DNA from: a virus
Length of the DNA stretch: 64,000 bases
IMG/VR virus record: IMGVR_UViG_3300005842_000010
Span: 9,974 to 73,973 of that record
Reading direction: 5' to 3' (one strand)
Under the pieces are notes generated by a model that had not been told where the DNA came from, made no database searches, and worked only from the letters and a program-made list of their open reading frames with translations. The position numbers and the translations under genes are program-made. Below are positions 36,112-43,932 of this stretch, one piece after another. How positions within the stretch are numbered: the stretch's first letter is position 1; the number at the start of each line of letters is the position of its first letter.

Positions 36112-36650
36112 TAAAAAGCAAAATGACACAAGAACTGTTAGCTAAGAATATAATTTTGTTGCTCAAAGGCATTTGTTGGCATAACGACGCTCGATCCACC
36201 TGGGATCCGTTCGACGGCCGGCTGCGCATTACGTTCTCACCTCACCCAGGCGATCTCCGATTTCTCATGGGCGAGGGCGGGCGCTGCATCAAAGGCCTGC
36301 AGCACGTCGCCGCAGAGATTGGCCGGCGCAATGACTACTCAGTCAGCATCAGTCTTATGCAAGCGTATCAAGGCAATGCCGAGAAGGAAGATCGCCGGTT
36401 CGAACAGAACGTCACTTTCGATCACGACGAGATCGTCCGAATCGCCAGTGGTTTGCTGGCCTCAGCGCTGGGGCGCCAGGTTGATTTGAAAGTGATTCGG
36501 AAAAACGATAGGCTCGATCTCAAGACTGAGGTTTTGACCGTTCAAGAGGACCGCGTAATCACCGCGCTCAATGAACCGCTTTACGCCTACGGTTTTCGCC
36601 AAGGCTGCATCATCAAGCTTTCAACACTCAACTCCACAGTCGTAGTATGA
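36108..36650 (+). CDS. KH-domain (KhpA-like) RNA-binding protein
   Basis: HPGDLRFLMGEGGRCIKGLQHV resembles the KH GxxG loop and the KhpA DxGxxIGKxG motif. A second similar-sized domain follows. Confidence 0.6.
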   Translation: MIKSKMTQELLAKNIILLLKGICWHNDARSTWDPFDGRLRITFSPHPGDLRFLMGEGGRCIKGLQHVAAEIGRRNDYSVSISLMQAYQGNAEKEDRRFEQNVTFDHDEIVRIASGLLASALGRQVDLKVIRKNDRLDLKTEVLTVQEDRVITALNEPLYAYGFRQGCIIKLSTLNSTVVV

Positions 36651-36973
36651 GCGAAGAAAAACGAATCCGTCCAGTGATAATCCTTCCAGAAAACATGATG
36701 AGCAAAAAGGATATTGCTCAACTTCGAAGGAACATGCTTTGCGTTGTCGAGTGCAAAGACCCTTCCATGGTGCGTTTTTGCGAGCCGCCGCCGAATGGGT
36801 ATTCGGAGCAGGAGAAGGCCGCGATCCAGTTGTGTAGGCACGTTATGACTCAACATTCCGACGTGAGCTGGACAAAGCGGCAACTTGCTGAACGGTTGGC
36901 TGATTTCTTCATTAGCGGATCGCCGCTTCAAGCACCGGCGCGGGTGCCATCCGTTCCAACGACAAAGAAATGA
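36647..36973 (+). CDS. Hypothetical protein
   Basis: 108-aa ORF with start/stop overlaps at both ends. Confidence 0.6.
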   Translation: MSEEKRIRPVIILPENMMSKKDIAQLRRNMLCVVECKDPSMVRFCEPPPNGYSEQEKAAIQLCRHVMTQHSDVSWTKRQLAERLADFFISGSPLQAPARVPSVPTTKK

Positions 36974-37374
36974 CCGAGGATGAACTCTCCATCTCCATGC
37001 GGGCAAATGGAATGCTTCCAGACGGAAAAGGAGGCTGGTTCAAACCAAAACGAAAACAAACCTCGACCGGAACTGATATTCAGCGCGGAAGTGGATGGAA
37101 GGTTGCCGAGCTGGAACGAGCTATTAGGCATGGAACACTGGTCGCGGCATCAGCTAAAAAAGGCGCTCCAAGAAACGTTCTTGTCCGGGTTACGTCAGTC
37201 CGGAGGTTCCTGCTCGATGACGATAATCTTTGCGAAAAGTTCCATGTCGATTGCTGCCGATACGCTGCAATCATTCATGGAGACAGCCCGGCTACGACGC
37301 GAATTGAAGTTGCTCAAGTTAAAGCTGGGCCTGACAAAAGAGAGTACGTCAAAATCGAAATCTACCAGTTATAA
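36970..37374 (+). CDS. rusA: RusA-like Holliday junction resolvase, catalytic C-terminal half
   Basis: VLVRVTSVRRFLLDDDNLCEKFHVDCCRYAAIIHGDS...YVKIEI fits the RusA DxDN..K...D...D pattern. Confidence 0.7.
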   Translation: MTEDELSISMRANGMLPDGKGGWFKPKRKQTSTGTDIQRGSGWKVAELERAIRHGTLVAASAKKGAPRNVLVRVTSVRRFLLDDDNLCEKFHVDCCRYAAIIHGDSPATTRIEVAQVKAGPDKREYVKIEIYQL

Positions 37375-37402
37375 AGCGCCACCAGGCGATCCGCCTTTCT
37401 AA
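36980..37402 (+). CDS. Overlapping-frame ORF resembling the RusA N-terminal half
   Basis: LIFSAEVDGRLPSWNELLGMEHWSRHQLKKALQETF resembles the beta1-PSxN-helix start of phage RusA proteins. It is nested over the previous ORF. Confidence 0.5.
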   Translation: MNSPSPCGQMECFQTEKEAGSNQNENKPRPELIFSAEVDGRLPSWNELLGMEHWSRHQLKKALQETFLSGLRQSGGSCSMTIIFAKSSMSIAADTLQSFMETARLRRELKLLKLKLGLTKESTSKSKSTSYKAPPGDPPF

Positions 37403-37403
37403 A

Positions 37404-37637
37404 ATGACTATCTCAGACGAAGAACAAAAATCCATTGAGCAAAACGTTTCTAAGCTGATGGAACACTACGATTCGGTTAGGATCTTTGTCACACGACACG
37501 ACGGTGAGAAGGACACAACCGAATCTTTTCACACCGGCGGCGGAAACTTTTACGCGCAGCTTGGGCAGGTTCGTGAATGGCTCGTTGTTCAAGATAGGCT
37601 CGCTCAAAGGCATGCCGACGAAGAGGAGGAAGATTAA
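37404..37637 (+). CDS. Small acidic hypothetical protein
   Basis: 77 aa (VSKLMEHYDSVRIFVT...GNFYAQLGQVREW). Confidence 0.65.
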   Translation: MTISDEEQKSIEQNVSKLMEHYDSVRIFVTRHDGEKDTTESFHTGGGNFYAQLGQVREWLVVQDRLAQRHADEEEED

Positions 37638-37638
37638 A

Positions 37639-38157
37639 ATGGAATTCTACAGAAGCCAGATGGCTGAACCGAAGGGGCCGCGTGTGTCCAGTGGTAAGGA
37701 CTCCCGACAGACGTACGAAACTCCAAAAGATTTCCTCGATGCCGTCGTTCGAGACTGGTGCCACGGCGAGGCGTTCTCCTGGGACCTGGCCGCGAGCGCG
37801 GAAAACTCCAAAGCGCCGCAGTTCATTAGTTCCGGACAGAACTCTCTACTTTATAACTGGAGATCGTTAAACGGTTTACTTTGGCTCAACTGTCCATTCA
37901 ACTTCATCACCCCCTGGGCCAAGAAGTGCGCTGAGGAATCAGCTTACGGCGCGCGTATCGCGATGCTCGTGCCTGCCTCAGTCGATGCCAACTGGTGGGC
38001 GCAGTATGTGCACAAGAAGGCGGCTGTGCGCTTCGTTTCGCCGCGGATCTCGTTCGACGGTGTAGCGCCGTATCCGAAAGCGATTTCACTGCTGTTGTAC
38101 GGCGATTGGATGATTCCCAATTTCGAATGGTACGAGCCGTGGAGGTGGAAAAAGTGA
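37639..38157 (+). CDS. Phage Dam-like DNA N6-adenine methyltransferase
   Basis: YETP..WDLAASAENSKA..WLNCPF (motif IV variant)..PWAKK..LVPASVDANWW. Confidence 0.8.
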   Translation: MEFYRSQMAEPKGPRVSSGKDSRQTYETPKDFLDAVVRDWCHGEAFSWDLAASAENSKAPQFISSGQNSLLYNWRSLNGLLWLNCPFNFITPWAKKCAEESAYGARIAMLVPASVDANWWAQYVHKKAAVRFVSPRISFDGVAPYPKAISLLLYGDWMIPNFEWYEPWRWKK

Positions 38158-38159
38158 AT

Positions 38160-38420
38160 ATGGGAATTAAGCTGTCAATTAAACATAGGGCATGGGACAT
38201 ACTCAAATCTCGCGGTGAAATGAGAGGTTCGGATCTGGGCTGGGAATTGTGGGGAGAAACCACAGATTGCGCCAATCGTGGAACGGGCTCTCACAGACAC
38301 AATAAATTCTGCCGTGCAGCCGGTAAAATTTTGAGGCACCTGGAAAAACAAGGTCGAGTTATTAGTGTTCCAAGAAAAAGGCACACAGTGTGGAGAGCGG
38401 TTGGAAATAATCCGCCATGA
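38160..38420 (+). CDS. Winged-helix-like basic protein
   Basis: AWDILKSRGEMRGSDLGWELW...AGKILRHLEKQGRV. Confidence 0.6.
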   Translation: MGIKLSIKHRAWDILKSRGEMRGSDLGWELWGETTDCANRGTGSHRHNKFCRAAGKILRHLEKQGRVISVPRKRHTVWRAVGNNPP

Positions 38421-38614
38421 GCGCCGCCGGCAAACTTCACAATTGCGAGTGCGGCAAACCGCGCACGTACTCGTACGCCTTCGATGCGTTCTACTGCGAG
38501 GCTTGCGATCAGTTCTTGGACAAAGTGTGTGAAAATAGAATCTGCATCTTCTGCAAGGGCAGGAAAGAAAAGCCCAGCCAAAACAATTTGTGCAAGGCGA
38601 AAGGACAGAGGTGA
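38417..38614 (+). CDS. Small Cys-rich (Zn-binding) protein
   Basis: CECG..DAFYCEACD..C..C.FC. Confidence 0.65.
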   Translation: MSAAGKLHNCECGKPRTYSYAFDAFYCEACDQFLDKVCENRICIFCKGRKEKPSQNNLCKAKGQR

Positions 38615-38802
38615 AACTGGATCACATCGAGATTACTAACTGGTTCGAACCCGGCCACGAGTACTGGAAATCCGTGCAGGCCAAGCCATCCGAGCCGCTC
38701 ATCCAGGCGACTATCTCAATGACTCTCTCTTGGAACGAATACCACGAGCTTATCAAGCGGGACGAAGAGAAGATTAAGTTCGTCGAGAAATTGCCGGAAT
38801 GA
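38611..38802 (+). CDS. Hypothetical protein
   Basis: A GTG start overlaps the upstream stop. Confidence 0.5.
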   Translation: MKLDHIEITNWFEPGHEYWKSVQAKPSEPLIQATISMTLSWNEYHELIKRDEEKIKFVEKLPE

Positions 38803-39000
38803 ACCTCGCCTTATGGGACCGCAGCACGAATCTGATTACGCTCCCGGATGGTACAAGAGCCGGAACAAGTTTCGGCGTAAAAGCCCGAACCGGTTTCACT
38901 GGCAATGGTCGCGCTTCAGTCGCAGGACGCACGATCACCTCGTTCATTGCCTGGAGTTGTCGCGCAGGTGCCCGTCGAGGCCGGGGCGAGGAAAGGTTGC

Positions 39001-39192
39001 ATGACCTGTTACGCAGTCCAATACGAAGACGGAATCTGGCGCGGCAAGGTTGTCGATAACGACGGAACCGCACTGGCAGTAATCGGTTCTCAGGACGGAT
39101 CTTTGAACCGGGACGATGCTGACAGGGCGGCAAGAGAAGTAGCTGGTAGCCTTCGTTTCAATCTGGATTCGTTCGTTAGGAAGTTCTCCTGA
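39001..39192 (+). CDS. Hypothetical protein
   Basis: ATG at 39001 with GAGGAAAGG upstream. Confidence 0.55.
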   Translation: MTCYAVQYEDGIWRGKVVDNDGTALAVIGSQDGSLNRDDADRAAREVAGSLRFNLDSFVRKFS

Positions 39193-39329
39193 TAAAAATA
39201 ATCTATTGACAGGATCGGGGGAGATGTGCGAAAAGTGCGCAATGATGTTATCGACCATCAGTGAATCGCCCGTTCTGGGCGGGGGAGCCCGACTCCCGTC
39301 GATACCGTCCAGAACAGGCGATTTTGATT

Positions 39330-39401
39330 TGCGGAGTAGAGCATCGGTAGCTCGCTTGGCTCATAACCATGAGGTAGCAGGTTCGATTCCTGCCTCCGCT
39401 A
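39330..39401 (+). tRNA. tRNA-Met (CAT), initiator-like
   Basis: Cloverleaf: acceptor GCGGAG/CTCCGC with unpaired T1:T72, D stem GAGC/GCTC (A11:U24), anticodon loop CTCATAA and T arm GCAGG-TTCGATT-CCTGC. No CCA is encoded. Confidence 0.92.
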
Positions 39402-39735
39402 TCCCTTTCTTCGGGTCGAAGCCTAACGGTTATCTTGAACGTACTCCGTCGGGCACTCTCTTATCCGAAGATTTCTGCTCTCCCGCAGTGGTCGATGCAC
39501 CACGGAGCCCGAGTGATATCCCGGGAACACCAGAACGATCGTTTAGCCGATCGGAGAGCACCAATTTTTATGAGACCTCCGGGTCTGGATCACTGCAAAT
39601 CCTGGGGTTAGCGGCCTGTCACCGCGCCGTCGGGAGGACACAGCCAGATGCCAACCACCGTACGGGGGAAGACCGGGACGACAGCCCGGTGAGGTCTCGC
39701 CCTTTTCAAGAAATTCCCATAACTGAGCCGAGGCT

Positions 39736-40128
39736 ATGCAGACGAACTACTTCAAAATCTGGCGTTCAAGAAACATCGACGATGCCGCAAGAGAGAGACA
39801 CGCCAGAAAAGCGTGGGCCTACAGGCAACGAGTTAGGGCTGAGGTTATTGCGTCAATGGGTGGAAAGTGTGTCAAATGTGGATTTTCAGACCCAAGGGCG
39901 CTTCAAATCGATCACATCCATGGCGGAGGCTCCCAGGAAGAACAGGGCGGAAGCCGTTATGCTTTATTTGCCAGGCTGTCAAAACATCCAGATCCTATTA
40001 AGTTTCAATTGCTTTGCGCGAATTGTAACACCATTAAGCGAGAAGAAAACGGAGAACAGACAAAGTGCAGAAAATACCAGGCACCAGACATTGCGCCAAT
40101 GTGGGAGCCAGCCGTGTTTGATTTTTAA
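39736..40128 (+). CDS. HNH endonuclease
   Basis: MGGKCVKCG..LQIDHIHGGG..QLLCANCN. Confidence 0.85.
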   Translation: MQTNYFKIWRSRNIDDAARERHARKAWAYRQRVRAEVIASMGGKCVKCGFSDPRALQIDHIHGGGSQEEQGGSRYALFARLSKHPDPIKFQLLCANCNTIKREENGEQTKCRKYQAPDIAPMWEPAVFDF

Positions 40129-40446
40129 TGGCACCGACAGGGATATTGCCAGCGACACTTTCGGTCGCGCGCTGATTCTCGCGCGGCCCAGGCGAAGCTC
40201 ACCGACAGATATGGCCTGCCGGGTCTTCGCCTTCAATTTACGGCTGCAACAACGTGACTCGGAGCGCGTTAGCCCTGCTGGTGGTTCACCGTTTCCACTC
40301 AACCGCGCCGCCGTAAACTGTTCTATGCTGATGGCGCTAAAGCGGGCATCCGATTTCAACGCAAGCGTATCCGCAAGGATTAGGGGCAGTTGCTACCCAC
40401 GGGTGAAGCCTCCTTTGATAAATGCAACCGCTTGCGCCAATTTTCC

Positions 40447-40815
40447 ATGAACCAGCAAAAACAGTTCAAAGTGCTTAGTCAAAAGCTTTTAGAACTGGGA
40501 TTTGCGTCATACAAAGAATATCTTCTTTCACCTCACTGGTCCGCACTCAGAAGGCGATTTTTCAATAAACACCGATCGCCGCCCTGTTCCGGCTGTTGGA
40601 AAACGACCGTTCCGCTTCAACTCCATCACAGAAATTACAACCGAATCGGCCGGGAAAGGTTGTCAGACCTTGTTGCGCTCTGCGGTAATTGCCATCGTAA
40701 AACTCACGATTTTTGCCGCGCCAACACTCAATATGATTTTCATTCAGCCCATCGCCAATCACGACGCTGGGCGGGTTCTTTGACAGCAGGACAAATCAGC
40801 AAGGGCGCTACTTAG
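40447..40815 (+). CDS. HNH endonuclease
   Basis: YKEYLLSPHW..CSGC..LQLHHRNY..GRERLSDLVALCGNCH. Confidence 0.85.
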   Translation: MNQQKQFKVLSQKLLELGFASYKEYLLSPHWSALRRRFFNKHRSPPCSGCWKTTVPLQLHHRNYNRIGRERLSDLVALCGNCHRKTHDFCRANTQYDFHSAHRQSRRWAGSLTAGQISKGAT

Positions 40816-41244
40816 AAGGTAGTGCCAGCAGCAGCCACGGCACCCCGGAGCGGGGCGTGGCCTGAGTCTAAAACCTCACGTTTGGGAGGAATGCCCGCTG
40901 CCCTCTGTGCCAGTGACGTTCTGGGAACTATGCCTCAATCTGACCAGCCGTCCCGCCGGCAAGCTTACAAGCCCATCGGCGACAAGCGCACAGCCAAAAG
41001 ACCTGTAAGCACAGTGAAGATTGCCCCGAAAGGTGCACCGTTCCATGGTTGCTTGCGACGGAACCATTCACTGCCACGGCGACCTAACCAGCCGCACATC
41101 CTGCCCGCAAAGCTGTCATCGATCATCAAACAGTCTGACGACACCGGGGACGACAATCCCGGGAATGTCTTGGAAACAATCAGGCTGAAAACCCATCAAG
41201 GGCCACTACAAACCTTGATTGGGATGCTTCATGTCCACACTCAA

Positions 41245-41260
41245 TGTTCCACGTGGAACT
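41245..41260. promoter_or_regulatory. parS: parS-type palindrome (ParB/Spo0J binding site)
   Basis: TGTTCCACGTGGAACT matches the bacterial chromosomal parS palindrome TGTTCCACGTGGAACA at 15/16 positions and lies in non-coding DNA. Confidence 0.65.
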
Positions 41261-41741
41261 TTCACCCTCAAAGGCGCCAGCAAAAGAGGTTCTCGAAAAA
41301 CACCCTCAAATCCCGGCAAAAAATTTCTGGCGGCCTATCACATTTTCAGCCACGTCCAGAGCATCATCTGAAAAACTTTGAGTCCAGCAGAAGCGTATAC
41401 GACACCCGCGCCGACCCATACCCCCGTACACCGGCATGACGGCGGGCCGGCAGCGTCCAAAAGGGCCGAACCCGAGGTCGGAACCAGGTGATTCTCGAAA
41501 ACTGGCCTTGCAAACGACTGCAAATCAGGCTTGTTTCACTATCTGGGAAGGAGAGTACGCTATTTTTCGATACCTAAGCGTTTCACTTAGGATTAGGCAT
41601 GTTGAAACCGATTACAAACGGCATTCACGTTTTCTTGCTCGGTTCACCATACTTGGCACGTTTCTTGAATTGTCTGGGGTGAATGCGGGAGGTTGGCGTC
41701 CGTACTTTCCGGGCGCGGCGGTCGTCCCCGAAAGCCAAAGG

Positions 41742-41770
41742 TTGACAGTCAGGCGGTGACGCTGTATACT
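41742..41770 (+). promoter_or_regulatory. Near-consensus sigma70 promoter
   Basis: TTGACA, 17 nt, TATACT. Confidence 0.85.
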
Positions 41771-41776
41771 GGCGCC

Positions 41777-41841
41777 TCATAGATTCAGGTGTGTTTAGGG
41801 CAGTGCGAGCCGGGTGGATTTCCCATCCGGCTCGCTGCTTT
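41777..41841 (+). ncRNA. Candidate ~65-nt small RNA
   Basis: A strong promoter is followed after about 25 nt by a long GC hairpin (41800-41838) and TTT, with no ORF. The TSS is estimated. Confidence 0.5.
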
Positions 41842-42272
41842 GCGGGGTGGCGGCGGCGAGCGTCGGACTCAACGTCCCGTCTATGCGCTCGGCTGATTCC
41901 GATGCGTCCTGGGGCATTCTAGCGCGGTGGTTTGTTCTCGAAATTGGCATTTGGGCATGAAAAGGCCCCGATTGGCTGTCTCGGGGTTGTTTTGAGGGGT
42001 TGTTCTAACGCCCGCAACAAGGGCAGGGACGCTTTGGTTTTGGTGGTTCCATAAATCCGTTTTTGTCGGGGCAGTCCCGAGATCCAATGACGGTGGCTCC
42101 CATTGCTCGACATTCCTCAAACAACGTTTCGCAGATTGGCGCAGTCAGTCCCTTTGCGTTCATTCCAGTTATTGCGTCAATGAGGTCCTGGGCTTCGTTG
42201 GTATATCCAAACGCTCCGCCCGCGCCAAGGTGATTGTCCCGAGCGCGAGCCCGAGCCAGATGGTGAGCAGGT

Positions 42273-42665
42273 TCATGGCTTCACAAGCGTTGCAGTCACC
42301 TCGTAGTTGCCCTCGATGTGCACCAGGCGATAACCCTGGGAGAGTTTGCCGGCGAGGTAAGGCGCCAAGTTGTTCGTGCCCGTGAGCTGGTAAGGGCTCG
42401 GCAGGGCAGGGTTCTCGTAACCGTCGATGAGGCGCGACTGATCCACGTTCTGGATCTCGTACCCGCCCCAGTTGTAGGTATTGGGGAGTGGTGTGCCGTC
42501 ATCGCTGGTATATTTCCACGTCCAATAGAACGGGACGGCGTGCACAATGATGACATCGACTGCGCCAGGCGGTGGCGGTTGAGGTTTGTGCTGTTCGGGC
42601 TGGTTTACGGCCGCCACTGCGACGAGTGACGCCACTGCTAAGGTTAGGATTACATGCGTTTTCAT
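42273..42665 (-). CDS. Secreted/membrane protein with signal peptide
   Basis: Leader MKTHVILTLAVASLVAVAA, a Pro linker and a compact C-terminal domain. Confidence 0.65.
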   Translation of the reverse strand: MKTHVILTLAVASLVAVAAVNQPEQHKPQPPPPGAVDVIIVHAVPFYWTWKYTSDDGTPLPNTYNWGGYEIQNVDQSRLIDGYENPALPSPYQLTGTNNLAPYLAGKLSQGYRLVHIEGNYEVTATLVKP

Positions 42666-42670
42666 AGGAT

Positions 42671-42874
42671 TTACTTAGTTTTTATGGGTGTTTGATTGCA
42701 AGCGGCCTCGAATGACCCCTTGCCTTTGAGATAGTTTGCCTCGGCGCGCGCCTGCCGCTCTTCGCGGCCGTATTCGTCACGCAGCGCAATGTAAATTTCC
42801 GACCAGCTAACGCGCTTGGCCGCTTTCTTGGCGTCCTCGAGGTTGCCGTTGATGTAGTTTTCGATGCAGTTCAT
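42671..42874 (-). CDS. Early hypothetical protein
   Basis: 67 aa (IENYINGNLEDAKK). Confidence 0.65.
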   Translation of the reverse strand: MNCIENYINGNLEDAKKAAKRVSWSEIYIALRDEYGREERQARAEANYLKGKGSFEAACNQTPIKTK

Positions 42875-43092
42875 AGTGCCTGTTCCTCCTCTTCGTAAGA
42901 GGTCGTTTCCTCGCGGTAGTGCATCATGCCCCGCTCTGTCTCGATCTCAATCTTCTGCCCGTGCCTATCGCACCAGTGAGCCAGATACAACCGTCCAGGC
43001 ACAGCGATGATCGCTTCGGCCTCTGCGCCATCAATGCACTCCATCGTGGCAGCATTGCGGATGGTTAATGTGTGAAACGTTTCGTATCCCAT
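42871..43092 (-). CDS. Early hypothetical protein
   Basis: ATG at 43092 with GAGGA upstream; the stop overlaps the next ATG. Confidence 0.55.
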   Translation of the reverse strand: MGYETFHTLTIRNAATMECIDGAEAEAIIAVPGRLYLAHWCDRHGQKIEIETERGMMHYREETTSYEEEEQAL

Positions 43093-43220
43093 AAGTGTTT
43101 TCCTCAAAGCCGCCGCCCCGCGCGGTGATGCTCACAAGCTGAGGTAGCGAGTGAATTTCGCGCGAGAACGGCGGCCAAACCGTTGGTGTTTATTGTATGT
43201 CGCATCACTGACATGCGAGC

Positions 43221-43248
43221 AATTTAGCAGAGTGGAAAGCTCTGTCAA
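43221..43248 (-). promoter_or_regulatory. Sigma70-like leftward promoter
   Basis: TTGACA (43248-43243), 16 nt, TAAATT (43226-43221). Confidence 0.7.
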
Positions 43249-43318
43249 TTACTTTCTGCAAAATAATTCACATAATTTACTTGCATTCCTTTTTGGCGTG
43301 TGAGATTGTGCGGGCGCA

Positions 43319-43537
43319 ATGCCAATTACCAAAACAAAGAATCTCACAAGTGCGGAGCTGGCAAAGATGGTTGCGGCCCTCAAGCCAGGCGGTTCATTTA
43401 CCGTCACGAATAAAACCGAGCGCGGAGTTGCAAGCGCCATTGCAAAGAATCTCCGAAACGTTGGCGCGATAGATTATATCGTGGCCAGTCGGGAGAATGA
43501 GGCGGGAGAATTTGTCTTTTTTATTGTTCCGTCATGA
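43319..43537 (+). CDS. Small putative DNA-binding protein
   Basis: 72 aa; first gene of the rightward operon at a divergent control region. Confidence 0.55.
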   Translation: MPITKTKNLTSAELAKMVAALKPGGSFTVTNKTERGVASAIAKNLRNVGAIDYIVASRENEAGEFVFFIVPS

Positions 43538-43911
43538 TCATCGTTTATCCAGAAACCAAGGCGGAAATGGTCCGATGCAATGCTCTTGTGTCTCAGGCTG
43601 TGAAAAATGGGGTGCTCGTACGCCCAAAGAAATGCACAGCTTGTAATAAAGGACGAAGAAAGATTTTTGGCCACCACCGAGATTATTACAAACCGCTTGA
43701 AGTGGTGTGGATTTGTGCAAAGTGCCACTGCAAGGAGCACAGAGAAAGTAACCACACCCCGTTCATAACGATTTATCCCGAGAATTGGCGCAAACTCAAA
43801 AGGTTTGCGCGACTAGACCCGCTCAAACGCAGCATCGATGAGTTAGTAAACCTCATTATTGCCAACTGGGACGGGAGTTTATTCAGCAACAAACCCCAGG
43901 CGAAAGCCTGA
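43534..43911 (+). CDS. HNH-like endonuclease with putative C-terminal ribbon-helix-helix
   Basis: AVKNGVLVRPKKCTAC..GHHRDYYKPLEVVWICAKCH, then FITIYPENWRKLKRFA...SIDELVNLII. Confidence 0.7.
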   Translation: MIIVYPETKAEMVRCNALVSQAVKNGVLVRPKKCTACNKGRRKIFGHHRDYYKPLEVVWICAKCHCKEHRESNHTPFITIYPENWRKLKRFARLDPLKRSIDELVNLIIANWDGSLFSNKPQAKA

Positions 43912-43932
43912 TCAACCAAAACGGATCGTACG

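Larger units (their letters stand above)
39402..41250 (+). ncRNA. Candidate long structured RNA region interrupted by two HNH ORFs
   Basis: About 1.1 kb has no credible ORF and carries several stems: 40190-97/40225-32, 40237-44/40310-17, 40834-39/40856-61, a GAAA tetraloop at 41023-36, and twin CCGGG-ACGACA-CCCGG hairpins. Confidence 0.35.

Noticed and set aside
38799-39059. 86-aa ORF
   Set aside because: It is Arg/Gly-rich and not protein-like, and it overlaps the better-supported ORF 39001-39192.
39330-39401. tRNA as an attP/att core for the recombinase
   Set aside because: There is no duplicated tRNA 3' fragment, and the recombinase is 7 kb away inside an operon.
40822-40840. GTGCCAGCAGCAGCCACGG resembles the 16S rRNA 515F site
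   Set aside because: Only the first 11 nt match, and the flanks show no rRNA sequence.
41260-41740. Genome terminus or pac site
   Set aside because: The region is non-coding with short CACCCTCAAA repeats, but termini cannot be inferred without read data.
41510-41752. AACGACTG / GACAGTC pair as a group I intron P7
   Set aside because: No other core elements or interrupted gene were found, and the second half is explained by the TTGACA promoter box.
40822-41759. ORFs 40822-41439 and 41436-41759
   Set aside because: The composition is non-protein-like, there are no motifs or SD, and the lengths are compatible with chance.
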